Source of the DNA: an uncultured bacterium
Lineage (GTDB): Bacteria; Abyssobacteria; SURF-5
Length of the DNA stretch: 43,159 bases
Direction: 5' to 3'
Assembly (NCBI GenBank): GCA_964607485.1
Contig: CAZSKP010000038.1
Span: forward strand, 1 to 43,159
The translations under genes were made by a program, and so were the position numbers. The notes below the pieces were generated by a model. The model searched no databases and was not told the DNA's origin. It saw nothing but the letters and a program-made list of their open reading frames with translations. Each line of letters opens with the position of its first letter. Within the stretch, counting starts at the first letter, position 1. Below, piece after piece: positions 1 to 11,492 of this stretch.

Positions 1-2039
1 GGTCGCACCCGTTCCTCGTGGAAGCGGATGGACAGTCCCCCTTCGGTGCCGAGCAGTATCTCGTCGTCGCCGCTCGTGAGCTTCACCTGCGTGAGCCTGT
101 CGCCCTGTTCGAGGGTCATCGCGATGATGCCACCGCTGCGCGGATTGCTGAAGGCGGCGAGCTCGGTCTTCTTCACTCTTCCCTTCTCGGTGACCATCAT
201 CACGTACTTGCCGTCCTCGAACGACTTCACGTTCAGGAACGCCTCGACGTTCTCGCCCTCGGCGAGCTGAAGGATGTTGACGATGGCCCGGCCCTTCGAA
301 TACCTGCCGGCGCGGGGGATCTCGTGCACCTTCAGCCAGTGGACGCGGCCGCGGTCGGTGAAGAATAGGATGTAATCATGCGTGGACGCGATGAAGATGT
401 GTTCGACGAAATCTTCTTCCTTCGTCTCCATCCCTGTCACGCCGACTCCGCCCCGACGCTGTTTGCGATAGGTGCTCACGGGCAGCCGCTTCGTGTAGCC
501 CGCATGGGATATGGTGATGACCATATCTTCCTCGGCGATGAAGTCCTCCACCTTGAACTCGGCGGCCTCACCCAGTATCTCTGTCCGACGTGGGTCGGCA
601 TACTTCTTCTTCATCTCCTCCAACTCGGTGCGGATGACCTGTCTCAAAACGCGGGGGCTATCCAGGATCGACCTCAGGTTGGCCATCGTCTTCAGCAGGT
701 CCTCGTACTCTGCGTCTATCTTTTCGCGCTCCAGTCCGGTGAGCCGCTGGAGCCTCATTTCGAGTATCGCCTGCGCCTGCTTTTCTGTGAGCGCGAACTT
801 GCTCACGAGCGAGTCGCGCGCCTGTTCGGGGGTATGCGACTTTCTGATGGTTTCGATAACCTCGTCGATGTGGTCGAGGGCTATCTTGAGTCCTTCGAGG
901 ACGTGCGCGCGCTCCTCGGCCTTGTTCAACTGGAAGCGCGTGCGCCTCGTCACCACCTCGATCCTGTGGTCGAGGTACTCTGCCAGCATGCGCTTGAGCC
1001 CAAGCACGCGAGGTCGGTTCTCGACGAGAGCGAGCATGATGACGCCGAAGCTGTTCTGCATGGAGGTGTGCTTGTAGAGCTGGTTCAGGATGACCTCGGC
1101 GACTTCTCCCCGCTTCAGCTCGATGACGATGCGCATGCCGTCCTTGTCGCTTTCGTCACGGATGTCGGAGATGCCCGCCACTTTCTTCTGCTGAGCGAGC
1201 GCGGCGATGCTCTCTATGAGCTTGGTCTTGTTGACCTGGTAGGGAATCTCCGTCACGAGGATTTTTTCTTTGCCGCTCCCGCCGGAGGGCTTCTCTACCG
1301 CCACCTTCGCCCGCACGACAACCCTGCCGCGGCCGGTGCGGTACGCCTGCTCTATCCCCTTCCGGCCGAGTATGACGCCGCCGGTGGGGAAGTCGGGTCC
1401 TCTCACCACCTTCATCAGCTCGGCGAGTGAGACCTGAGGATTGTCGATGAGCATGCACAGGGCTTCCACGACCTCACCGAGATTGTGGGGCGGGATGTTT
1501 GTGGCCATTCCGACGGCTATGCCCGAGGAACCGTTGACGAGCAGGTTGGGAAAGGCCGCCGGCAGCACGACGGGCTCCTGGAGCGACTCGTCGAAGTTGG
1601 CCTGGAAATCGACCGTCTCCTCGTCGATGTCGGCGAGCATCTCCTCGGCCATAGGCGCAAGCCGCGCCTCGGTGTACCGCATCGCGGCGGCGTTGTCGCC
1701 GTCGATCGAGCCGAAGTTGCCCTGCCCGTCGATGAGCGGGTAGCGCATGTTGAAACTTTGCGCCATGCGCACGAGCGAATCGTACACGGGCGCGTCGCCG
1801 TGGGGATGATACTTACCCATCGTGTCGCCGACGATGCGCGCGCACTTGCGATACGCCCTGCGCGAGCCGAGCCCGAGCTCGTTCATCGCGTGCAGGATCC
1901 GCCTGTGGACCGGCTTAAGGCCGTCGCGCACGTCGGGCAGCGCGCGGGAGACTATCACGCTCATCGCGTAATCGATGAACGATTTTTTCATCTCGGTCTC
2001 AAGATTGACCGGAACTATTTTTTCGTTCTTCGTGTACAT
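1..2039 (-). CDS. gyrA: DNA gyrase subunit A (3' end runs off the window)
   Basis: Not in the ORF track. Hand translation from ATG at 2039 gives [49 protein letters not shown]...[19 protein letters not shown]. GyrA-box variant QRRGGVG near 442-462. Directly downstream of gyrB. Confidence 0.97.
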   Translation of the reverse strand, partial: MYTKNEKIVPVNLETEMKKSFIDYAMSVIVSRALPDVRDGLKPVHRRILHAMNELGLGSRRAYRKCARIVGDTMGKYHPHGDAPVYDSLVRMAQSFNMRYPLIDGQGNFGSIDGDNAAAMRYTEARLAPMAEEMLADIDEETVDFQANFDESLQEPVVLPAAFPNLLVNGSSGIAVGMATNIPPHNLGEVVEALCMLIDNPQVSLAELMKVVRGPDFPTGGVILGRKGIEQAYRTGRGRVVVRAKVAVEKPSGGSGKEKILVTEIPYQVNKTKLIESIAALAQQKKVAGISDIRDESDKDGMRIVIELKRGEVAEVILNQLYKHTSMQNSFGVIMLALVENRPRVLGLKRMLAEYLDHRIEVVTRRTRFQLNKAEERAHVLEGLKIALDHIDEVIETIRKSHTPEQARDSLVSKFALTEKQAQAILEMRLQRLTGLEREKIDAEYEDLLKTMANLRSILDSPRVLRQVIRTELEEMKKKYADPRRTEILGEAAEFKVEDFIAEEDMVITISHAGYTKRLPVSTYRKQRRGGVGVTGMETKEEDFVEHIFIASTHDYILFFTDRGRVHWLKVHEIPRAGRYSKGRAIVNILQLAEGENVEAFLNVKSFEDGKYVMMVTEKGRVKKTELAAFSNPRSGGIIAMTLEQGDRLTQVKLTSGDDEILLGTEGGLSIRFHEERVR

Positions 2040-2062
2040 TCGCTGCGCTTTCGCTATGCTCA

Positions 2063-2143
2063 GGTTTCGGGTTCAGGGTTTCGGGTTGGACGGAGCTTGC
2101 TGCGCTCCTACAATCTCACCTGCGATCTTTCCCTTTTCGCCTC
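2063..2143. repeat. Repeat mosaic in the gyrB-gyrA spacer: heptamer tandem (GGTTTCG/GGTTCAG), GTAG-type hairpin and pyrimidine heptamers
   Basis: GGTTTCG-GGTTCAG-GGTTTCG-GGTTGGA at 2063-2090. The minus strand reads TGTAGGAGCGCAGCAAGCTCCG at 2091-2112. CCCTTTTCGCCT resembles the complement of the heptamers at 18410-18447. Confidence 0.5.
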
Positions 2144-2150
2144 GTCTTCT

Positions 2151-4619
<2,469 letters not shown>

Positions 4620-4654
4620 TTATAGGCCTTTTCCTCGACTAACGGTATCAATTT

Positions 4655-4684
4655 ATGATAGCACAACTCGGCCACAAAAGTAAA
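4655..4684 (-). promoter_or_regulatory. Putative sigma70 promoter of gyrBA
   Basis: Minus strand TTTACT-18 bp-TATCAT with an extended TG, about 47 bp upstream of the gyrB start. Confidence 0.5.
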
Positions 4685-4703
4685 GGAAAATTTTCGGGAA
4701 TGA

Positions 4704-4751
4704 ATACAACATCCTAGGGCGCTGAAGATGATGCGCTACAATATATTGTGG
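4704..4751. promoter_or_regulatory. Tandem NrdR-box-like operator upstream of gyrB
   Basis: ctaCAATATATTGtgg (4736-4751) fits the NrdR consensus acaCwAtATaTwGtgt. A degenerate ataCAACATcctaggg starts 32 bp earlier (4704-4719), the typical tandem spacing. Confidence 0.6.
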
Positions 4752-4861
4752 ATATCTCGGCTAGGTTGGCCTATCGAAAGGTTCTTGGAGTAATAGGTAA
4801 TAATGTCTACTATGATTTTAGCGTTTCAATTATAGGAAGAGAGGACTCGCAAAGAAGGAAT

Positions 4862-5185
4862 TTAGTGAGGTGCAGCTGACCTGAAGACTATTTTTTCGAT
4901 TCCCGAATCCTGGAGCCTGTCGTCAATCTTCTCCATCAACTCTTCCTTTAGCAGGTCGAGTTGTTGGTGCCAGACGGGGTTGTCGACCTTTATGTAGAGT
5001 CTACCGCCGTTTATCTTTTCGGGAATACAGTGTTCGGCGACGTCCTCGCCGACAATTTCCGGCCACTGTGCCCACAGTTGCGCAACCTGGGCGCAACCGC
5101 CAAACTTCCCCACTTGAAAAACCTTTTCAATTATCCTGCCGATCGATTCTGGGCCGCCACCCGAGTGTTTGCGCTTCTTCTTCAT
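4862..5185 (-). CDS. dciA: DUF721 / DciA-family replicative helicase loader
   Basis: W..IVG..VA.H..P...G.L.I.V.NPVW.QQL pattern; canonical position between dnaN and gyrB; ATGA overlap with dnaN. Confidence 0.85.
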   Translation of the reverse strand: MKKKRKHSGGGPESIGRIIEKVFQVGKFGGCAQVAQLWAQWPEIVGEDVAEHCIPEKINGGRLYIKVDNPVWHQQLDLLKEELMEKIDDRLQDSGIEKIVFRSAAPH

Positions 5186-6282
5186 AATCTCACCGGCATG
5201 ACTACATAAAGAAAATTATCGTTTTCCATTGGTTTGAGAAGGCCGGAGCTCTGTGCGTCTTTCAGTTCAATCATCACCTTATCTTCTTCGATCGCTTTGA
5301 GCACTTCGAGTATGAATTGAGGATTAAAGCCCACCTCGACGGACCCGCCGTCGTATTCCACCTCAATCTCATCCCTTACTTCGCCGACTTCGGGGCAGTT
5401 AGTCGCGACTATCATCTTCCCTTTTGAAATCTCATACTTCACCAGATTGTACCGGTCGGTCGTCATCACCTGCGCGCGTCGTGTGGCCACTGCAAACGGT
5501 TCCTTCTCGGCGACGATCTTCTTCTCATGGCTACGCGGAATGACCTGCTCATAGTTTGGAAACACTCCATCTATAAGATTCGATATAACCAGAAGGTTGC
5601 CAAACTCGAATGCGATCTGGTTCTCGGAAAGAAAAATACTTACATCCCCATCTTCCGCAAGTAGCCTCTCCAATTCGACAACCGTCTTGCGAGGGATTAT
5701 GTATGAGCTGTCTCCGCCCGGGCCTTCTTCAAACGAACGAACAGCCAGCGACAGCCTTCTGCCATCAGTGGAGACCAAGCGCAGCTGCTTCCCAGCCAGC
5801 GCGAGGAGCAAACCCGTAATGTTTACCCTATTCGGATCGAGCGAAATCGAGAAACCGACTTTTTTCAGCATTTCCTTCAGGTCGGCCTGAGGCATGGAGA
5901 ACGCTTTTTCGCGCTTTACCTCGGGAGACTTCGGAAACTCGTCCGGAGGCATTCCCATCAGCTTGTATCGAACCACGCCGCAGTTCAATCCCACAGTGTT
6001 TCCGTCGCTCATATCAACGTTAACGACTCCCGGAGGTAAATTGTTCACGATTTCATGAAGCTTCTTGCACGGAAGAGTAACGATTCCCTCTTCCTCCACG
6101 TTTTCGCAATCGACAATACACTCGATTCCCACCTCGAGGTCGGTTGCGACGAGCTTTAGTGACTTTCCCTTCGCCTCGAGCAACACGTACTGCAACATCG
6201 GAAGCGTGCTTCTCGTTGACACGACATTTTGCACATTTCCTATCGCATCGCGCAGTTCATCTCTTGGGATTGCAAGTTTCAT
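5182..6282 (-). CDS. dnaN: DNA polymerase III beta sliding clamp
   Basis: ATDLE, STDGRRL, GVFPNYEQVIP, GFNPQF and C-terminal VVMPVRL; downstream of dnaA. Confidence 0.97.
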   Translation of the reverse strand: MKLAIPRDELRDAIGNVQNVVSTRSTLPMLQYVLLEAKGKSLKLVATDLEVGIECIVDCENVEEEGIVTLPCKKLHEIVNNLPPGVVNVDMSDGNTVGLNCGVVRYKLMGMPPDEFPKSPEVKREKAFSMPQADLKEMLKKVGFSISLDPNRVNITGLLLALAGKQLRLVSTDGRRLSLAVRSFEEGPGGDSSYIIPRKTVVELERLLAEDGDVSIFLSENQIAFEFGNLLVISNLIDGVFPNYEQVIPRSHEKKIVAEKEPFAVATRRAQVMTTDRYNLVKYEISKGKMIVATNCPEVGEVRDEIEVEYDGGSVEVGFNPQFILEVLKAIEEDKVMIELKDAQSSGLLKPMENDNFLYVVMPVRL

Positions 6283-6329
6283 GTGGAATTCCCCCCGGCT
6301 ATCACATCTCTATTGGATATATGCTCGTT

Positions 6330-6413
6330 GCTTTTTCTTTTCTGCTTATTCTTACTTATAAAGATTATAAAATAGAAATATGTAGTAGTATGGGACGTGG
6401 ATAATGTGAAAAA
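6330..6413 (-). other. oriC unwinding module: tandem DnaA boxes, GC spacer, DnaA-trios and AT-rich tract
   Basis: The minus strand reads TTTTTCACA-TTATCCACG-TCCCA-TACTACTAC-ATATTTCTATTTTATAATCTTTATAAG, the same order as the B. subtilis incC basal unwinding system. Further degenerate boxes occur at about 6478-6590 (e.g. TCTTCCACA 6529-6537). Confidence 0.75.
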
Positions 6414-6677
6414 AACCTCTTTGCTTTGGAAATTTTAAGAAACCAGGTGTCGATATTCTGAAGAAACCAGGCACACGACATCAACAGTATAAACTTGCGG
6501 AAAGGGTCCAATAACGGTTATCGAGATTTCTTCCACACTATATAACATTTTACCAACGTTTAGTCAACAAGTTTTTGTCTAGCTTTCCACTCGCGCGGAG
6601 GCAGGACATGGTAACGATCACGAACACCACAGAGAGGCCACTTCACTAGCCGAGACGAAAAGCTTCCGCGTGTTTTC

Positions 6678-8021
6678 CTAGTTACTTCTCAACTGCTTTG
6701 CTATTTCGTCCACATCTTTAGCGAGTTGGGGATCGCTGTTCATCGTTTCCCGCACCTTTTTGCAGGCATGCAGAACGGTAGAGTGGTCGCGTCCGCCGAA
6801 GGCGTCGCCAACGTCCACGAGAGATGCCTGTGTGAGCTCGCGGGAGAGGTACATGGCAACCTGACGGGAAAGAGCGATCATCTTTGAGCGTTTTGGGGAA
6901 ACAATGTCCGCCAGGCGGATATTGAAGTGAGAAGCGGTGGTCTTCTTTATCAGGTCAACGGTTATTTGTTTCGTCTGGGACCGTTCGAGCACATCCTTCA
7001 GCGCAAGCTCGGCGGTTTCGAGCGTGAGCGGGCAACCGTGTGCCCGCGCATAGCCGATTACTCGATTGAACGTGCCTTCGAGTTCGCGAATGTTCGCCTT
7101 CACGAGATTCGCGATGAAAAAGAGCATGTCCGACGGACACTGCAGCCCATTCGTTTCGGATTTCTTCTGGAGTATCGCTATACGGGTCTCGATGTCGGGT
7201 GGTTGGATGTCGGTCACCAGGCCCCACTCGAACCTGCTCACGAGGCGCTCTTCCAGCGTGGGGATTTCCTTCGGCGGTCTGTCCGAGGAGAGAACTATCT
7301 GCTTACGGGCGTCGTGCAAGGTGTTAAATGTGTGGAAGAACTCCTCCTGTGTGGCATCTTTCCCCGCAATGAAATGGATGTCGTCTATCAGCAGCACATC
7401 CATCGTCCGGTACTTGTTCCTGAAGGCCAATTGCGAGCGCTGCTGTATTGCCGAAATCAGCTCATTCGTGAACTCCTCCGAGGTGATATAGAGGACCCTC
7501 AGCTTGGCCTGTCGGAGGATATCGTGGCCGATGGCCTGCATCAGATGCGTCTTTCCGAGACCCGCGCCGCCGTAAATGAACAGGGGGTTGTAAGCCCGGG
7601 CCGGTGTCTCGCAGACAGCTTTCGCGGCGGCATGGGCAAACCTGTTCGACAGGCCCACGACGAACTCGTCGAAGGTGTATTTGGAATTGAGGTACGGCGA
7701 AGACTGGGCCTCGGGCTCGGCGGACGTCTGTGGGAGCGGATGGGGTGGTTGTGCTTCAGAGGCCATCTCCTTTTGGAGAGCTTCATTGGGCACGAATGCG
7801 ACCTGCTGAAAGTCGTCCGCGAGCGATGTGACGATGGATGAGATGAGGTCGGTGTACCGCTCGCTTATCCAATTGCCCGTGAAGTTGTTCGGAACGAACA
7901 CCACCAGGCGCCCGTCCTCATAAGAGTGGAATCTCGTCCACGCCAGCCAGGCCTCAAAGGTTCTCGCGTCAACTTTCTCCCGAAGCACTTGGAGACTTCT
8001 GTCCCATAGGTCCACACTCAT
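6678..8021 (-). CDS. dnaA: Chromosomal replication initiator DnaA
   Basis: YNPLFIYGGAGLGKTHL, LLIDDIHF, EEFFHTFN, RLVSRFEWG and GGRDHSTVLHA. Confidence 0.99.
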   Translation of the reverse strand: MSVDLWDRSLQVLREKVDARTFEAWLAWTRFHSYEDGRLVVFVPNNFTGNWISERYTDLISSIVTSLADDFQQVAFVPNEALQKEMASEAQPPHPLPQTSAEPEAQSSPYLNSKYTFDEFVVGLSNRFAHAAAKAVCETPARAYNPLFIYGGAGLGKTHLMQAIGHDILRQAKLRVLYITSEEFTNELISAIQQRSQLAFRNKYRTMDVLLIDDIHFIAGKDATQEEFFHTFNTLHDARKQIVLSSDRPPKEIPTLEERLVSRFEWGLVTDIQPPDIETRIAILQKKSETNGLQCPSDMLFFIANLVKANIRELEGTFNRVIGYARAHGCPLTLETAELALKDVLERSQTKQITVDLIKKTTASHFNIRLADIVSPKRSKMIALSRQVAMYLSRELTQASLVDVGDAFGGRDHSTVLHACKKVRETMNSDPQLAKDVDEIAKQLRSN

Positions 8022-8050
8022 GAACCAAACCTCCCTCCGTCACGCCGCAG

Positions 8051-8363
8051 TTATCCACATAGACTGAAAGCCTGTGGATAGTATCATTTCCCAAAAAAAC
8101 GGGATTGGAAGCGAGAGCCGAGCGCTGTTATCAACAAAAAGCCCAATTTTTCCACAGAGTTATCCACAACCCGTGGAAGCGAATTTGCAACTATCTGTCA
8201 AACAGGATGTTACGTGGCGGGCGCGAAGGTTGGCCTTCCCTTGCCGGGGGATGGGGAATCGATGAACGCCAAGCACTGAAGCTGGGAAAACTTCCGGAGA
8301 ATAGATAGTATGGATGACGAAACGCCGTCTCCCTCGCTTCAGTTTATCAACGAGTTATCCACA
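8051..8363. promoter_or_regulatory. DnaA-box cluster upstream of dnaA (upstream half of a bipartite oriC and/or dnaA autoregulation)
   Basis: Perfect TTATCCACA at 8051, 8160 and 8355. Near-matches TGTGGATAG 8073 (overlapping a minus-strand TG-a-TACTAT -10), TTATCAACA 8128, TTTTCCACA 8148 and TTATCAACG 8344. Confidence 0.85.
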
Positions 8364-8485
8364 TGGCCGCCGACCCCTTCCCCTCCGCTGGCCGTGTTAG
8401 CCATTCATGACGGGAGTCTACGCTAGCCTTTCCCGCTCAAAGAAAAAATTCCCCCGCGAAGAAAGCCCTGCCATTGGGTGAACCG

Positions 8486-8571
8486 AATATACCAGACCGC
8501 CCCAAAAAGCGCAAGCGCAAAATTTGCACACCCGCTTTTCCCTTGCTCGGACGGCCAAAATCATTTATAAT
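8486..8571. promoter_or_regulatory. Divergent sigma70-like promoters (toward dnaA and toward the activase gene)
   Basis: Minus: TTGCGC-17-TATATT (8514-8486). Plus: TTGCTC-17-TATAAT (8543-8571). Confidence 0.5.
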
Positions 8572-8611
8572 GACGGTTGTTCGACAGTCGGAACCACAGA
8601 AGGGTACCAAG

Positions 8612-9409
8612 ATGAATTACTTCGCTGGAATAGATATCGGCTCGCTGACATGTGATGCCGTCATCATCGACGAGTCGGCCAGGATCGTCTCTTTCGCTAT
8701 CGTGCTCACCGGAGCGCGGAGCCGCAACGCCATTGAAGCGGCGTACCATCAGGCACTCCAGGCCGGCGGCCTCAGCCGCGACCAGGTATCCGGCCTCGTC
8801 TCCACGGGGTACGGGCGGGAACAGGTGGAGGGGCGGCTGAAGAGCATAACCGAGATAAGCTGCCACGCCCGCGGTGCCTGCTTCCTGTTTCCCAAGACGA
8901 GGCTCATTCTGGACATAGGCGGACAGGACTCCAAGGCCGTCCGCGTCGGCGAAAACAGCCAGGTCATGGATTTCGCCATGAACGATAAATGCGCCGCCGG
9001 GACGGGGCGTTTCTTCGAGGTCATGGCCCGCGCGCTCGAGATCGACCTCGACGATATGGGCACGCTGGCTGCCCGTTCGACGCACCGCCTCAGCATCAGC
9101 TCCATGTGCACGGTGTTCGCCGAGAGCGAGGTCGTGTCGCTCGTCGCCCGGGGCGAACACGCCGAGGACATCGTGGCGGGCCTGTGCAGGGCGGTGGCCG
9201 AGAGGACCCGAGCCCTTGCCCAGCGGGTCGGCATCTCGCCCGAGGTGACGATGACCGGCGGGGTCGCGAAAAACATGGGGGTCGTGCGTGCGCTCGAAGA
9301 ACTGCTTGGGCACACGTTCAACATTCCCGACGAGCCCCAGGTCGTGGGCGCGCTTGGGGCGGCGCTGTTCGCACGCGAGGCGGCGTTGTCGAAGTCGCCC
9401 TCCGGGTGA
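8612..9409 (+). CDS. CoA-substrate-specific enzyme activase (HgdC/BadF-type [4Fe-4S] ASKHA ATPase)
   Basis: GIDIGS, STGYGR, EISCHARG, DIGGQDSK, MNDKCAAGTGRF, SSMCTVFAESE and TGGVAKN. Start reassigned to ATG 8612 (MNYFAG). Confidence 0.92.
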   Translation: MNYFAGIDIGSLTCDAVIIDESARIVSFAIVLTGARSRNAIEAAYHQALQAGGLSRDQVSGLVSTGYGREQVEGRLKSITEISCHARGACFLFPKTRLILDIGGQDSKAVRVGENSQVMDFAMNDKCAAGTGRFFEVMARALEIDLDDMGTLAARSTHRLSISSMCTVFAESEVVSLVARGEHAEDIVAGLCRAVAERTRALAQRVGISPEVTMTGGVAKNMGVVRALEELLGHTFNIPDEPQVVGALGAALFAREAALSKSPSG

Positions 9410-9440
9410 GTCGCCACGCCCGAAATTCATCAGACGAGAT

Positions 9441-10109
9441 ATGCCACCATCCGGCGACATTTCCCCGAATGCAGGGCTCAGTCGCCAGGCGGTTCATATG
9501 CTGGTGGGGGCGCTTGCGCTGCTGCTCCGCTGGCTCAGCTATCCCCAGGCCCTTGCGCTCGCGGCGGGCCTGATAGTTTTCAACCTGCTTCTCCTCCCGC
9601 GTCTGCCCGGCGCGACGAGGTATCTGTACCGCGCCGACGAGCGGGCTCGCGGCTTCTCGGCCGGAATCCTGCTCTATCCCGTGTCGGTCTTCCTGCTGAT
9701 TCTCGCTTTTCCGATGCCGGTGGCCGCTGCTATGTGGGGAGCGCTTGCTTGCGGTGACGGCATGGCGGGCGCGGTGGGCACGCGGGTAGGCAGGAGGCGG
9801 CTCCCGTGGAACCGGCGAAAGAGTCTCGAAGGCCTGCTGGCGTTCACGCTGGCGGCTGTGCCAGCCGTCGCTTTACTCTACTGGTGGACCGTTCCCAATA
9901 TGTCCTCGTCTCCGCCGTGGTGGCGCTCCGAGCGGTTGCTGAGCCTCTTCGGCTCGCCCGACCCGGGAACCATCGTGCTGGTCTCTCTGATTACGGGATC
10001 CGTTTGTGCCTTTCTCGAAACGCTCAGGCTTAAGATCGATGATAACCTAGTGGCGCCCCTGGGCGGGGCATGCGCGATGGCCGGGCTTGTGTATGTTCTC
10101 TGCGGATGA
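9441..10109 (+). CDS. SEC59/DGK1/VTE5-family CTP-dependent polyprenol/diacylglycerol kinase-like membrane protein
   Basis: RQAVH, GDGMAG..G, WNRRKSLEG and DDNL..P motifs with multiple TM helices. The start at 9441 is tentative. Confidence 0.7.
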   Translation: MPPSGDISPNAGLSRQAVHMLVGALALLLRWLSYPQALALAAGLIVFNLLLLPRLPGATRYLYRADERARGFSAGILLYPVSVFLLILAFPMPVAAAMWGALACGDGMAGAVGTRVGRRRLPWNRRKSLEGLLAFTLAAVPAVALLYWWTVPNMSSSPPWWRSERLLSLFGSPDPGTIVLVSLITGSVCAFLETLRLKIDDNLVAPLGGACAMAGLVYVLCG

Positions 10110-10145
10110 CGAAAAGGACGTCTTTCGAACAGAGTCCGCGTTCGT

Positions 10146-11492
10146 TCACACCGCTATCCCCTTCCACCTGCCCGACAGGAATCTCAGGAACAACACAAGC
10201 GCCTTGCCGTAATGGTCGGCGAGGATGATGAGCCATATCCAAGTGATGCTTAGCCCGAATGCATGGGCCGCTAGCAGCGCGAGCGGCATCCTGACGAGGT
10301 ACATTCCGATGAAAGAGCCGTAGAGCGGCCAGCGCGTGTCGGCAGCTCCCACCAGCGAGCCCGCCAGCGACATGTGTAGTGCCATTGCCGGCTGGCAGAC
10401 GGCGAGTATCCTGACGAACTCTGCGGTGAGCGCGACGACGCGGGCATCGGAAACGTATATGAGCGCTATCGGCCTCGCCGCCGCGAAGAGGGCGACCCCC
10501 ACAGCCGACATCACCCACAGCGCCATCTTCGAGCACTCCCAGCCCTGCGACTCGGCCGCCTCGGGCCGGTTTGCGCCGAGCGACTGGCCGACCAGCGCCG
10601 AGGCCGCGACGGAGAAGCCGAAGCCCGGCATGAACGAGAGCGACATGATGTTCACCCCTATCATGTACGCGGCGAGCGGGTCCGTGCCGTACCCCGTGAT
10701 GACCGACATGTACCAGAGGTAGCCTGCCTGGATGATCCCCTGCTCCACCGCCGAGGGCGAGCCGATGCGCAAAGTTTTCGCCGCCATTTCCCTCTCAAGG
10801 CGGAAGGACCCCTTCGGGAGATTGAGGACGAGGCTTCCTCTCCGCAGGAGGACCAGGAAAGTGACGGCCTCGAGAACGAACGCGGTCACCGTCGCGATGC
10901 CCGCGCCCGCCACCTCCAGCCTCGGCATGCCGAACTTGCCGAATATGAGCGCGTAGTTCAGGAACACGTTCACCAGGTTCGCCGCCACGCTCACTATCAG
11001 AGGAGTTTTCGTGTCGCCCGCGCCTCTCAGCGCCGACGCGGATACCAGCGCCGCGACGAGGAAAATGGTTCCCGCAGCGACGATGCGAAGATATGGGGCG
11101 CCGACCCGGGTGACGGAGGCCTCGGCCCCGAACAGGCGGAAGAGGCCTTCACTCCACACGAGCACGGGCAGCATCAGGAATCCCGACAGCACGACGCCCA
11201 GCAGGAGCGACTGGCCCAGGACGGCGCTGGCCCGGCCTTTATCCCCTGCTCCAATGTATCGAGCCACGAGTGAGATGGTGCCCGTCGTGACCGCGAGCGT
11301 TATCGCCATGACCATGTTGAACATCTGCCCGCTGACGCCGACGGCCGCCACAGCGGTCGGTCCCAGCCGGCCGACCATCACCATGTCCACAATCCAGACG
11401 AATGTGAGGAGCAGATTGTTGAGAATGACGGGCCATGCGAGAGAGAGAATCTGCCTGCGGTCGCGATCTGAGGGGGTGGGGCGTGTGCTCAA
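10146..11492 (-). CDS. MATE-family efflux transporter
   Basis: LAWPVIL..., VDMVMVGRLG, LRGAGDTKTPL, GQSLGA; about 12 TM; TTG start overlapping the uvrC stop. Confidence 0.93.
   Translation of the reverse strand: MSTRPTPSDRDRRQILSLAWPVILNNLLLTFVWIVDMVMVGRLGPTAVAAVGVSGQMFNMVMAITLAVTTGTISLVARYIGAGDKGRASAVLGQSLLLGVVLSGFLMLPVLVWSEGLFRLFGAEASVTRVGAPYLRIVAAGTIFLVAALVSASALRGAGDTKTPLIVSVAANLVNVFLNYALIFGKFGMPRLEVAGAGIATVTAFVLEAVTFLVLLRRGSLVLNLPKGSFRLEREMAAKTLRIGSPSAVEQGIIQAGYLWYMSVITGYGTDPLAAYMIGVNIMSLSFMPGFGFSVAASALVGQSLGANRPEAAESQGWECSKMALWVMSAVGVALFAAARPIALIYVSDARVVALTAEFVRILAVCQPAMALHMSLAGSLVGAADTRWPLYGSFIGMYLVRMPLALLAAHAFGLSITWIWLIILADHYGKALVLFLRFLSGRWKGIAV

Noticed and set aside
30-41. GGACAGTCCCCC resembling the RAYT palindrome
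   Set aside because: Lies inside the gyrA coding sequence; likely chance in GC-rich DNA.
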